In this document: piece by piece, positions 1-8,807 of the stretch
How positions within the stretch are numbered: position 1 is the stretch's first letter
Layout of the letters: each line of letters opens with the position of its first letter
Assembly: GCA_011389745.1 (NCBI GenBank)
Contig: JAABTQ010000003.1
Location: forward strand, 11,520 to 75,519
DNA length: 64,000 nucleotides
Source of the DNA: Desulfobacteraceae bacterium
GTDB lineage: Bacteria; Desulfobacterota; Desulfobacteria; Desulfobacterales; SKZT01
Reading direction: 5' to 3'
The notes under the pieces: generated by a model
What the model was told of the DNA's origin: nothing
Database searches by the model: none
What the model saw: only the letters and a program-made list of their open reading frames with translations
Made by a program: the position numbers and the translations under genes

Positions 1-1
1 T

Positions 2-445
2 GACAACCAATTTCCTTTTGCCCGAATGTGGGAAACTCCCGGAGTATGGCCCCATGAAGAACCTCTTTTGGTCATGAAAGACGGCGTTGTTCCGTTTTCC
101 GGCGGAGAAGCCATCTACCGAAGTCTGCCCATGGATCAGATAAGATCGCCGATCCCTCTGGACCATCCGGACCATATTCTGCTGGGTCAAAAAGGATACC
201 ACAATTTCTGCGCACCTTGCCATGGGCCAAATCACGATGGAATAGGGACAGTCGGCCAAAGTTTTGCACCGCTTCCCACCGACCTAAGAAGTGAAAAAGT
301 ACAGGCCTATTCCGAAGGAGAAATGTTTAAAGATATCAGCTATGGTGAGGAAGGAAAACGTCAGCCTCCCCTGGCGACAACCATCGATATGACAACCCGG
401 TGGCAAATCATTGCCTATGTCAGATCTCTCGGGCTCCGCCCCTGA
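2..445 (+). CDS. monohaem c-type cytochrome (class I, ActE-like); 5' end probably upstream of window
   Basis: The protein has a single CxxCH haem site (FCAPCHG) and a C-terminal RWQIIAYVRSL helix. The frame is open from base 2 to the first ATG at 26 with no stop. Confidence 0.75.
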   Translation, partial: DNQFPFARMWETPGVWPHEEPLLVMKDGVVPFSGGEAIYRSLPMDQIRSPIPLDHPDHILLGQKGYHNFCAPCHGPNHDGIGTVGQSFAPLPTDLRSEKVQAYSEGEMFKDISYGEEGKRQPPLATTIDMTTRWQIIAYVRSLGLRP

Positions 446-3095
446 ATATGTTCACCCCTTGAAAAACAATCCGGATACATGCGACCTTTGCGGCCTGAAT
501 CTTGCCTCGGGTATCCGGAGACTAACCCGCAAAGGTCAAGAATATCGGTTTTGTTGCATCGGATGCAAACAGGTATTTCGCATGCTTGCCGATGCCACCG
601 AAAATCCCGACATTTCATCCTTTAAAGATACTGAAATATTCAAACAATGTCAGGCTCTGGGAATTATTCCCCGCAACGACCCGGAAACAGAAAAAAAACA
701 GGCTGATTTTTCTGAAAATCAATCTGAAATATCCGAAGAAATTGAAAATGACCATCTGCTTCAGCTCCGGCTATCGGTGGAAGGCATGTGGTGTCCGGCC
801 TGCGCATGGGTCATCGAAAATTCCCTGTTAAAACACAACGGTGTTTTCAAAGCCTCCTGCAATTTTTCAACAGATCGCATAGCTTTATCATATGACCCGG
901 TTAAAACATCACCTCATCAAATATCCAGGGCCATAAACAGCCTGGGATATACGCTTTCAATTTCCGGTGAAACATCAGAATCAAAACAGCGGAAAAAAGA
1001 ATTTATCCGGTTCGGTATCTCAGCATTTCTGACCATGAATGTCATGATGCTGTCTTTTTCATTATACTCCGGTTTTTTTACCGAGCTTTCCGTCGACAGT
1101 ATCCGCTACATCTCCTGGCCTATATTATTGATGGCTACGGTGGTGCTGGTTTACGGGGGACAAAAAATTCACCAAAAAGGATGGGCCCCGTGGCGATCAT
1201 TCGGATTCGGCATGGAAACATTGATCAGCGCGGGATCTTTATGCGCCTATTTTTTCAGCGTTTATCATTTTTTATCCAACAGCATTCATCTTTATTTTGA
1301 TACATCTTCCATGCTGATTACCCTGGTGCTGCTGGGAAAAATTCTGGAAAGCCGTGCAAAAGAAAGTGTTGTCAAAGATCTGGAAAGCTTTTTTTCTCTG
1401 GTTCCCAACAAGGTTCGGATTACCACACCGGCGTTTCCTGACGGAAAATACGTATCCGCCAGGCAGCTTATAGAAGGTGATTGTTTTATTCTGGAAGAAA
1501 ACGAAATTGCTCCGGCGGACGGGCTGGTTATTGACGGCAGGGGCGCCATGGATGAATCAACTCTGACCGGAGAGGCAGCGCCGAAAAATAAAACAGCCGG
1601 TGACCGTATCACAAGCGGCACACGGATTATTTCAGGCAAACTTATTGTTAAAGCCGAAATCATCGGAGAAAACTCCGTACTGGGCCAGATGATCCTTATA
1701 ATGGAAAAGGCACTTGGGCAAAAGACTCCTTTGGAAGGAAAAACCGATACTGCCTTGAGATGGTTTGTCCCAATGATTTTATTTTTGGCTGTAGGAACCG
1801 GCCTGGTTGGAATTTTAATTGGACTTTCCCCTGAAAAGGCAACTGTGCGTGCCGTCACCGTGATGGTTATTTCCTGTCCTTGTGCCCTGGGAATCGCCAT
1901 TCCTCTGGCCCGTGTGGCTGGAATTTCGCTGGCTGCCCGCCAGGGTATCCTCGTGCGGGATTTTTCCGCATTTGAGTCGGCCCCAAATATTGACACCGTT
2001 GTTTTCGATAAAACCGGCACCCTTACCACCGGAGATTGGCGCATTTTAAAGGTGGACAGCATCCCTCCCTGGACAGAAGATGAGATCATTGCACTGGCAG
2101 CCGGGCTGGAACAAAATTCAGAACATCATATCGGCACGATTATCCGGCAGTACGCCCGGCAAAAAAAAATCATTCTGTCCGGTGTCTCACAAATTTTAAT
2201 TCATGAAAACGGAGTTTTCGGAATTTTTGAAAATAAACAGATCAGAATCGGGTCAGAATCTTTTTGCTCCCTGACCTGTGACGAAATTGCAACCGGTTTG
2301 AACAATTTATCCCTTCATAGTGGAAAAACAGCAGGTAATTTAAACAAGTTATCCCAATCCACCGGGGAACTGGCGGAGGATTCGGACCGTTCCTTTCTCA
2401 TCAGTAGGGAAATGGCGGGTGATGCCGACCTTGACTCCCTCTACCAGCGGGAGAGGGCCGGGGTGAGGGAGTTAAAGTCGCACAATTCAGATGATCAGGC
2501 CATACCCTCATTTGTTTATTTAACTATGGGCAGCAAGATTATCGGCCGGATCATCTTTGGCGATCAAATTAAAAAAGGGGCGATTGAAACGATCCAAAGC
2601 CTTCATGAAAGACGTTATCAAACAGTTATGGTTTCAGGAGACAATCAAAACGCTACCTTGAAAGTCGCCCAAGCTCTTGGCATTCAAAATGCTCACGGCG
2701 AAATGACCCCTGCTCAAAAATCCGATTTTATCAGCAGGTTAAAAGGAAAAGGAAAAACCGTTGCCATGGCCGGCGACGGCATAAATGATGCCCCGGCCCT
2801 TGCAGGAGCGGATCTGGCCATGGCGGTTCACGCAGGAAGCCTTCTGGGAAAAGAAGCCGCCCATCTGACCCTTATGAGAGGTGAGCCATTGCAGATCATC
2901 GATTTTTTAGGCCTGGCCCGAAGGGTCAACAGGAAAATATACCAAAACCTGATTTTTTCGTTACTGTACAATGTTATCGCTATTCCCGTGGCCATGGCCG
3001 GCCTTCTGTCGCCTCTTGTGGCTGTCTGCGCCATGCTTCTGAGCAGCCTGAGCGTTACCGGTAATACATTGTTATTGATGAAAAAAAATCGGTAG
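411..3095 (+). CDS. P1B-type heavy-metal (probably Cu+) translocating ATPase, CcoI/FixI-like
   Basis: P-type ATPase motifs are present: LTGEA (TGE), SCPCALGIA (CPC), DKTGTLT and GDGINDAP. The N-terminus has a CDLCG...FCCIGCKQVF metal-binding domain and one HMA CxxC (GMWCPACAW). The start overlaps the cytochrome gene by 35 nt. Confidence 0.92.
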   Translation: MPMSDLSGSAPEYVHPLKNNPDTCDLCGLNLASGIRRLTRKGQEYRFCCIGCKQVFRMLADATENPDISSFKDTEIFKQCQALGIIPRNDPETEKKQADFSENQSEISEEIENDHLLQLRLSVEGMWCPACAWVIENSLLKHNGVFKASCNFSTDRIALSYDPVKTSPHQISRAINSLGYTLSISGETSESKQRKKEFIRFGISAFLTMNVMMLSFSLYSGFFTELSVDSIRYISWPILLMATVVLVYGGQKIHQKGWAPWRSFGFGMETLISAGSLCAYFFSVYHFLSNSIHLYFDTSSMLITLVLLGKILESRAKESVVKDLESFFSLVPNKVRITTPAFPDGKYVSARQLIEGDCFILEENEIAPADGLVIDGRGAMDESTLTGEAAPKNKTAGDRITSGTRIISGKLIVKAEIIGENSVLGQMILIMEKALGQKTPLEGKTDTALRWFVPMILFLAVGTGLVGILIGLSPEKATVRAVTVMVISCPCALGIAIPLARVAGISLAARQGILVRDFSAFESAPNIDTVVFDKTGTLTTGDWRILKVDSIPPWTEDEIIALAAGLEQNSEHHIGTIIRQYARQKKIILSGVSQILIHENGVFGIFENKQIRIGSESFCSLTCDEIATGLNNLSLHSGKTAGNLNKLSQSTGELAEDSDRSFLISREMAGDADLDSLYQRERAGVRELKSHNSDDQAIPSFVYLTMGSKIIGRIIFGDQIKKGAIETIQSLHERRYQTVMVSGDNQNATLKVAQALGIQNAHGEMTPAQKSDFISRLKGKGKTVAMAGDGINDAPALAGADLAMAVHAGSLLGKEAAHLTLMRGEPLQIIDFLGLARRVNRKIYQNLIFSLLYNVIAIPVAMAGLLSPLVAVCAMLLSSLSVTGNTLLLMKKNR

Positions 3096-3152
3096 GTGTG
3101 AAATTTTCATAACCGCATTGGCGAGCTATTGCTTGATAATGATGAAAATAAG

Positions 3153-3284
3153 ATGGACGTTTGTCGGTTCTTTGGTATTTCTGATGGTTATGTCTGTTGG
3201 CAGGTCATCCTGAAACATTTGTCCCTTTCAATACTATTTTGCCCGGCAGGAGGCGATTGAAACCGTCAGTATGAGATGGAATTT
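3153..3284 (+). pseudogene. degraded DUF4160-family gene stub (multiple frameshifts, truncated)
   Basis: The stub starts MDVCRFFGI, matching the intact paralog at 15203 (MPEICRFFGI). Downstream pieces resembling IFLM, HPETF and FARQEAIET are scattered over three frames. It ends abruptly at the 3' end of the opposite-strand NTase gene. Confidence 0.4.
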
Positions 3285-3656
3285 TCAGCCATCGTTATGC
3301 TGGTACAATAAAACAGCACTCTTTTCGATCTCCTCCGTAAAGCGGCTTTTTCCTTTGGAAAGCTTTGTTATTTCACTCTGAGTATAGACCAATAAATCAA
3401 CAGGAACGGAAATAGCTGAAGTATCATTTGAGCATGCTCTGGAAATGAATGGTACCGTGGTCTTTTTGAGGATGATGACTATATCCAGATCACTGCCCAC
3501 ACCCCACGTGTCTGAGCAAATAGAACCGAAACAATATATCTTGTGGATGTTGTTATCTGCGAGGCCTGTTGATTTGGCCCACACTTTTGCTTCGCTCAAT
3601 ACTTTTTGCTTGTCAGGCCATTTGAGAATGGCAGAATTCAATGATCTCACCGGCAT
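3285..3656 (-). CDS. MNT-type nucleotidyltransferase (antitoxin partner of HEPN)
   Basis: The NTase motif FGSICSDTWGVGSDLDIVII (GSx10-SDxD) is present. The start was chosen at the MPVRSL methionine. The ORF-track start at 3752 would overlap HEPN by 140 nt. Confidence 0.75.
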   Translation of the reverse strand: MPVRSLNSAILKWPDKQKVLSEAKVWAKSTGLADNNIHKIYCFGSICSDTWGVGSDLDIVIILKKTTVPFISRACSNDTSAISVPVDLLVYTQSEITKLSKGKSRFTEEIEKSAVLLYQHNDG

Positions 3657-4002
3657 ATCTGATTGCCTCATCACTTTGCAGTTTTCCGTAATGTTCAAAA
3701 GGCGGCCCGGATGGATGTCCGTTGGCATATCGTGTGGGTATATAAAAAGCATCGATGACCCTGGCTTTATCGAGCAGAATCTCCGGAATCACAATGGTTT
3801 TAGGTAATTCTTCGAGCAATTTTCGGACAACATGGCCCCAGGCTTCCTGCCCGAGAAACAGATGCAAAGATTTAACAGCTTTTTCCGCAGCCTGCTGAGC
3901 AGCAAAACACGCCCATTCATGGCGGCCCGCGGACCGTGAATCCCGTGCCTGCTCTAAATCACGCTCTGCTTGACGCATCCAATCTTTTGATCTATTCGGC
4001 AT
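3613..4002 (-). CDS. HEPN domain protein (putative RNase toxin)
   Basis: An Rx4H motif (RYANGH) and a helical AAQQAAEKAVKSL core are present. The gene is paired with and overlaps the downstream NTase gene. Confidence 0.8.
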   Translation of the reverse strand: MPNRSKDWMRQAERDLEQARDSRSAGRHEWACFAAQQAAEKAVKSLHLFLGQEAWGHVVRKLLEELPKTIVIPEILLDKARVIDAFYIPTRYANGHPSGPPFEHYGKLQSDEAIRYAGEIIEFCHSQMA

Positions 4003-4060
4003 TATAGTTTATCCTTGATAAAACCTAAGTTGAGCGATTTCATTTTATGAATCTTCTAAC

Positions 4061-4133
4061 GTCATACCGGCGAAGGCCGGTATCCAGATTGTTGGGTTCA
4101 CCTCCAGGATTCCAGCCTCCGCTGGAATGACGG
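4061..4133. repeat. inverted pair of REP-like hairpin elements (VIPAKAGIQ-type)
   Basis: Hairpin 1 is ATACCGGC-GAAG-GCCGGTAT (4064-4083). Hairpin 2 is ATTCCAGC-CTCC-GCTGGAAT (4109-4128). Both have perfect 8-bp stems and lie in opposite orientation. Copy 1 reads VIPAKAGIQ and the reverse complement of copy 2 reads VIPAEAGI. Confidence 0.8.
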
Positions 4134-4387
4134 ATAGCTGCTGACAAAATCGCTTCATTTAGGTAAAAGTATTCCGACAAAAAGTCTTGCGTGATGATTG
4201 TCCGTAAAAAATATCCCAAAGCCGATGCATGGTTGTCAACAAACATTTTGAAAAAACCTCCCGGATCTTTCCAAAATCATCTGCGCCCGGAATTTTTTGT
4301 AAGGTTTTAAGCAATATGAAGACCAAGTGATTAATATGTTAAAAAACCTGAATTTGATACTTAAAATAATCCTGAAAGGAAAGTGTA

Positions 4388-5839
4388 ATGAAAAATTATG
4401 ATTTTGATATCGGCATTATCGGAGGTGGAGCCGCAGGATTGACCGTTGCCTCGGGTGCGGCACAGCTTGGAGCCAAAACCCTTCTGATTGAAAAAGAACA
4501 TGAGTTGGGAGGGGATTGTCTCCATTTCGGATGTGTTCCTTCTAAAACCCTGATAAAAACATCCAGGGTATATCATCAGATCAAGCATGCCAAAGACTAT
4601 GGACTTCCGGAAATTGATTTACCGTCTGTCGATTTTAAAAATGTTTCCAATCGGATTCGCTCGGTGATTTCAAAGATTCAAAAACATGACAGCCAGGAGC
4701 GATTTTGTGGTCTTGGCGCAAAAGTGTTGTTCGGTGATCCATCATTTCTTGATCCTCAGACGGTCAAATTGAATGGAACCGAATATTCTTCAAAAAACTG
4801 GGTTATCGCCACAGGATCTTCGGCATCGGTTGCTCCGATTCCCGGACTGGACCACACCCCGTTTATTACTAACAGAGAACTTTTTTATCTCGACAAATTG
4901 CCTGAAAAGCTTCTGATACTGGGGGGTGGACCCATCGGCATCGAGATGGCCCAGGCATTTTCAAGGTTGGGTTCATCGGTGCATGTATTTGACCGCGCCG
5001 ATCAAATTCTTCTGAAAGAAGACAAAGACATGGCTGAGGGCGTCATGCAGGTGCTTCAAAAGGAGGGCGTTCATTTTCACCTGGAAGTCGGTATCAGTGA
5101 AATAAAAAATGTGGGTAGCGCCGGTGAGGTTGTCTATAAGGATTTGAGCGGAAAAATTCATCATGAACAAGGAGACATGTTGCTGGTGGCCATGGGAAGA
5201 CGACCCAATATCGAAGGGCTGGGCCTTGAACAAACAGGTGTTGAGTTTGACCGGTCCGGCATCACTGTCGACAAACGGATGCGTACAAACATCAAACATA
5301 TTTATGCGGCAGGGGATGTGGTCGGAGGTTACCAATTTACCCATGCAGCGGGTTATGAGGGATCAATCGTAATCAGCAATGCGATCTTCAGACTCCCCCG
5401 GAAAACCAACTACACTTTTTTACCCTGGTGTACCTATACCGATCCCGAACTTGCCAGTATCGGGATGAATGAAATGCGGGCCAGGGAAGCCGGTATAAAC
5501 TATTCCGTGATTACGGAAAATTTTGAAAATAATGACCGGAGCCTTGCCGAAGAAAACCGGACAGGCAAGGTCAAGTTGCTTTTAAACGAGAAGGAAAAAC
5601 CAATCGGTGTTCAGATATTCGGACCACATGCCGGTGATTTGATCAGTGAATGGGTAGCTATTTTTGCAGGTGGTACGAAATTGTCAACTCTTGCCGGAGC
5701 TGTACATCCCTATCCCACCTTAGGAGAGATCAACAAGCGCGTGGCCGGCAATTTTCTGTCCACCAAAATATTTTCGGACATCGTTAAAAAAGGACTTAAA
5801 TTCTTTTTTAACCTAAAAGGCAGAGCTTGTGATTTGTAA
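4388..5839 (+). CDS. FAD-dependent pyridine nucleotide-disulfide oxidoreductase (dihydrolipoyl dehydrogenase / mercuric reductase-like)
   Basis: It has a GIIGGGAAG FAD fold, a redox-active GGDCLHFGCVPSK disulfide, a second GGGPIGIE NAD fold and a C-terminal dimerisation HPYPTLGE motif. Confidence 0.88.
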   Translation: MKNYDFDIGIIGGGAAGLTVASGAAQLGAKTLLIEKEHELGGDCLHFGCVPSKTLIKTSRVYHQIKHAKDYGLPEIDLPSVDFKNVSNRIRSVISKIQKHDSQERFCGLGAKVLFGDPSFLDPQTVKLNGTEYSSKNWVIATGSSASVAPIPGLDHTPFITNRELFYLDKLPEKLLILGGGPIGIEMAQAFSRLGSSVHVFDRADQILLKEDKDMAEGVMQVLQKEGVHFHLEVGISEIKNVGSAGEVVYKDLSGKIHHEQGDMLLVAMGRRPNIEGLGLEQTGVEFDRSGITVDKRMRTNIKHIYAAGDVVGGYQFTHAAGYEGSIVISNAIFRLPRKTNYTFLPWCTYTDPELASIGMNEMRAREAGINYSVITENFENNDRSLAEENRTGKVKLLLNEKEKPIGVQIFGPHAGDLISEWVAIFAGGTKLSTLAGAVHPYPTLGEINKRVAGNFLSTKIFSDIVKKGLKFFFNLKGRACDL

Positions 5840-5857
5840 TATTTGAAAGGAGGACAT

Positions 5858-6619
5858 ATGAACAATGCAATCAAAAATGCTGCATTGGAACAATCGGCTC
5901 CGGCAAATAATAATCCAAATAATATACCAATCAATAAACAAAAATCGATCATCAAAGCGCTGGCATTCCTTCTGTTTGTCATCGGCGCCCTGCTGGTTGT
6001 CAACTTTTCACCGCTAAAAGGTTACCTGAAAGCGGATCAACTGGAAACGTTTATTGAAACCGCAGGTCTTTGGGCCCCGGCGCTGTATATTGTTTTATAT
6101 GTGGTGGGTGTCTGCCTGTTTTTACCGGGTACACTTCTGACCGGTTTGGGGGCCGCCATATTTGGAGCATACTGGGGATTTGTATATGTCTGGATCGGAG
6201 CAATGATCGGGGCTTCAGCAGCGTTTTTTATCGGCAGGACCCTTGCCCGGGACTTTGCGGCGTCTTTGATCGGTGACAGGCTTAAGCGCTATGATCAGGC
6301 CATAGAGCGAAACGGATTTGCCACGGTATTGTACCTGAGACTGCTGTATTTTCCGTTTACTCCCATGAATTTCGGGATGGGGTTAACGGCTGTTCGGTTC
6401 CGGGATTACTTTTTTGGCACCGGTTTGGGTATTATCGTAGGCACCTTTATTTTTACTTTTTTTATCGGCACATTAAAAGAAGTCTGGGTCTCAGGTGATT
6501 GGGGACAACTGCTGTCTTTCAAGGTGTTTTTTTCCGTCGGCATTTTTATTTTCTCATTTTTTATTCCCAAAATTATCAAAAGTCTCAAGCATGAATCCGA
6601 ATTGCAGAAAGGAGGTTAA
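5858..6619 (+). CDS. TVP38/TMEM64 (DedA-related) family membrane protein
   Basis: The protein is multi-pass hydrophobic with an FLPGTLLTGLGAAIFG motif. The ATG at 5858 is preceded by AAGGAGG. The ORF-track TTG at 5843 lies inside that RBS. Confidence 0.8.
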   Translation: MNNAIKNAALEQSAPANNNPNNIPINKQKSIIKALAFLLFVIGALLVVNFSPLKGYLKADQLETFIETAGLWAPALYIVLYVVGVCLFLPGTLLTGLGAAIFGAYWGFVYVWIGAMIGASAAFFIGRTLARDFAASLIGDRLKRYDQAIERNGFATVLYLRLLYFPFTPMNFGMGLTAVRFRDYFFGTGLGIIVGTFIFTFFIGTLKEVWVSGDWGQLLSFKVFFSVGIFIFSFFIPKIIKSLKHESELQKGG

Positions 6620-6760
6620 TATGAAAAACAAATCTGCCTGGCGTGGAGCCTACAGGGTAAATAATCCAAAAGAAGTTTTTTTTACTTGATATTAAGTTGT
6701 ATAATTTTTTATTAAAATGATTCGATTGTAACTTTTTCCACATAACAGATTAGGACATTT

Positions 6761-7762
6761 ATGAGCTGGAAAATATCATCTCAAGTGGAAGCCATTCTCG
6801 AAAAAGGTGCCGGCGGTGAAGGTGTCGAGCGTCACCAGGCGCTGAGCCTGTTGGCCCTGCCCTTACATGCCAAAGAGGTTTATGCCCTGATGGAAACCGC
6901 CAACCGGCTTTCCCGGGAGCAGTTCGGAGGAAAAGGTGAAAACCATTTTCACATCGGCATCAATGTGGCACCTTGCCCGTTGAATTGTCTTTTTTGCTCC
7001 CTGACCATGAAAGCCGGTATTTTTAAAGAAGCCGTGGATTTCCCGGAAGACCGGATTCTTGCCTGGGCAAGGCATGCTCAGGAGCATGGCGCCGATGCAT
7101 TGAATCTGATGACCACCGGCAATTTTTCGTTTGAACGGTTACTGGAAATCGGCCGCACACTTAAAAAGTCAGTGAAAGTGCGTTTGGTGGCCAATACAAG
7201 GGATATCAACCACAAAGAAGGTGAGGCTCTTCTGGAGGCCGGGTTTGTGGGAGCGTACCATTCGGTGCGCCTGGGAGAAGGTCGCGATACTCCATTAAAG
7301 CCGGAAAAACGTATCCGGACCATAGGAGTTTTAAAGGATGTGGGGCTTCGCTGGATGAACTGTGTCGAACCGGTGGGACCCGAGCACAAACACGAAGAGA
7401 TCGTGGATCTCATGTTTCTGGCGCGGAAATATGGGGCCACATACAGCGGCATTATGCGCCGTATCAATTTTCCCGGCTCTCCCATGACCGGATACGGCAT
7501 GATCTCAGAGCTGGAAATGGCCAGGATGGTAGCCGTGTCAAGACTGGTTATGGGGAGGGTTCCTCAAGCCCACTGCACCCACGAACCCCACAGTGCTTCC
7601 CTGCTGGCCGGAGCCAATCTTTTTTTTCCGGAAGTGGGGGCTAGTCCCAGGGACGGCAAAGCAGACACTGAAAAAGGGCGGGGCAGCAGTGTGGAACATT
7701 GTCACGCCATTCAAAGGGAAATGGATTGGAAACCGGAGCTGCCCTCCAACTGTTTTAAGTGA
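6761..7762 (+). CDS. radical SAM protein (BioB/HydE/PylB-like clade), function unknown
   Basis: A CPLNCLFCS (CxxxCxxC) cluster motif lies about 70 aa from the N-terminus. The TIM-barrel-like length and a GANLFFPE motif near the C-terminus fit this clade. Confidence 0.8.
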   Translation: MSWKISSQVEAILEKGAGGEGVERHQALSLLALPLHAKEVYALMETANRLSREQFGGKGENHFHIGINVAPCPLNCLFCSLTMKAGIFKEAVDFPEDRILAWARHAQEHGADALNLMTTGNFSFERLLEIGRTLKKSVKVRLVANTRDINHKEGEALLEAGFVGAYHSVRLGEGRDTPLKPEKRIRTIGVLKDVGLRWMNCVEPVGPEHKHEEIVDLMFLARKYGATYSGIMRRINFPGSPMTGYGMISELEMARMVAVSRLVMGRVPQAHCTHEPHSASLLAGANLFFPEVGASPRDGKADTEKGRGSSVEHCHAIQREMDWKPELPSNCFK

Positions 7763-7797
7763 TGGTAACCTGGGTAAAACCAGGAAATGAGGTTTTT

Positions 7798-7854
7798 CCC
7801 CCTTTTATTATTGTGCCATTTGGCATTAATGATTAAGGGGGGCCAGGGGGATTT
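7798..7854. repeat. nested palindromic REP-like element ending in AGGGGGATTT
   Basis: CCCCCTT (7798-7804) pairs with AAGGGGG (7835-7841). The inner palindrome is TGCCA-TT-TGGCA (7814-7825). The 3' tail AGGGGGATTT is shared with the element at 50068-50077. Confidence 0.6.
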
Positions 7855-7871
7855 TAAAGGAAACGTGCCAC

Positions 7872-8807
7872 ATGAAAAAACTATTTCTTTGCGGATTAAT
7901 CATACTATCCTTCACAGGTTCAGTGTTGGGAGACACAGTATTTAAAGTGGGTACCTGGAAAACCCCACAGACCATCCAGCCGTTTTTCTATGATCAGTTT
8001 CTTTCGCAAAAGGTTGAGGTTTTTTCGTTCACCAATCCGGCTGATCAAAAAACCGCTTTGCTGGCCGGAAGTCTCGATATGTGCGGCACTACTCTGGCAC
8101 ACGCCATTCACTCCGCATCCCAGGGCCAGCCGGTTGTAGTGGTGGCCGCCCTGTGCAACAAAAGTTCCGCTTTGGTGGTAAAAAAGGACGGGCCTATCCA
8201 AAGCACCGCCCAGCTCCAGGGCAAACGTATCGGCTATGTTCCCGGCACCATGCATGAAATCCTGCTGCGTGAAACCCTGATCCGTGCAAATCTTTCACCT
8301 GAAAAGGATGTCCATCTGACACGGGTGGATTTTTTCGATATGGGCCTGGCTTTGGCCCGAGGCGGTATCGATGCATTTTTGTCGGGAGAACCTTTTCCCA
8401 CCTTAACGGTTCATGAAGGTTACGGCCGCATTCTGGAATACCCCTACTATGACGATAGTGTGGGAACCATCAATGCCGCTATGCTGGTTACCCGTGGGAG
8501 TATTGAGAAAAATTCGGACAAAATTTTACAACTGGTCAAAGCCCATGCCCAGGCCACCAGATTTTTACATCAGCACCCGGATCAGTGGCTGGGTCGGGCT
8601 GCAACGTTTGGTACGGATCGAATAGTATTGGACAAAGCCGCACACAACATGGAGTTGGCCTGGGAAATGGATGCTTCTTTTGTCGAGCGTGCAAAAGCAC
8701 TGGGTGCACGCATGGAGACTTTAAAAGTCATTGAACGCCGGCCGGATTACGATAAACTGTTTGACCTTCAATTTGTCCAACAGGTCAAAGCGGAGCTGGA
8801 GCCTTGA
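7872..8807 (+). CDS. ABC transporter substrate-binding protein, NitT/TauT (NMT1/SsuA-like) family
   Basis: It has the signal peptide MKKLFLCGLIILSFTGSVLG and a periplasmic-binding-protein-like sequence. It is followed by a cognate permease and ATPase. Confidence 0.8.
   Translation: MKKLFLCGLIILSFTGSVLGDTVFKVGTWKTPQTIQPFFYDQFLSQKVEVFSFTNPADQKTALLAGSLDMCGTTLAHAIHSASQGQPVVVVAALCNKSSALVVKKDGPIQSTAQLQGKRIGYVPGTMHEILLRETLIRANLSPEKDVHLTRVDFFDMGLALARGGIDAFLSGEPFPTLTVHEGYGRILEYPYYDDSVGTINAAMLVTRGSIEKNSDKILQLVKAHAQATRFLHQHPDQWLGRAATFGTDRIVLDKAAHNMELAWEMDASFVERAKALGARMETLKVIERRPDYDKLFDLQFVQQVKAELEP

Noticed and set aside
1292-2089. A 265-aa ORF lies antisense to the P-type ATPase. Similar long antisense ORFs occur at 16460-17146, 19054-19857 and 58922-59500.
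   Set aside because: Each lies fully inside a gene with strong family motifs on the other strand. Their sequences are low-complexity, Ser/Phe/Leu/Ile-rich mirror images of Glu/Lys-rich coding sequence. None has an RBS or a recognisable motif.
4040-4246. A 68-aa minus-strand ORF lies upstream of the HEPN gene.
   Set aside because: It reads straight through the two REP hairpins (…SSGGWNPGGEPNNLDTGLRRYD…). This is the classic signature of a repeat-derived pseudo-ORF.
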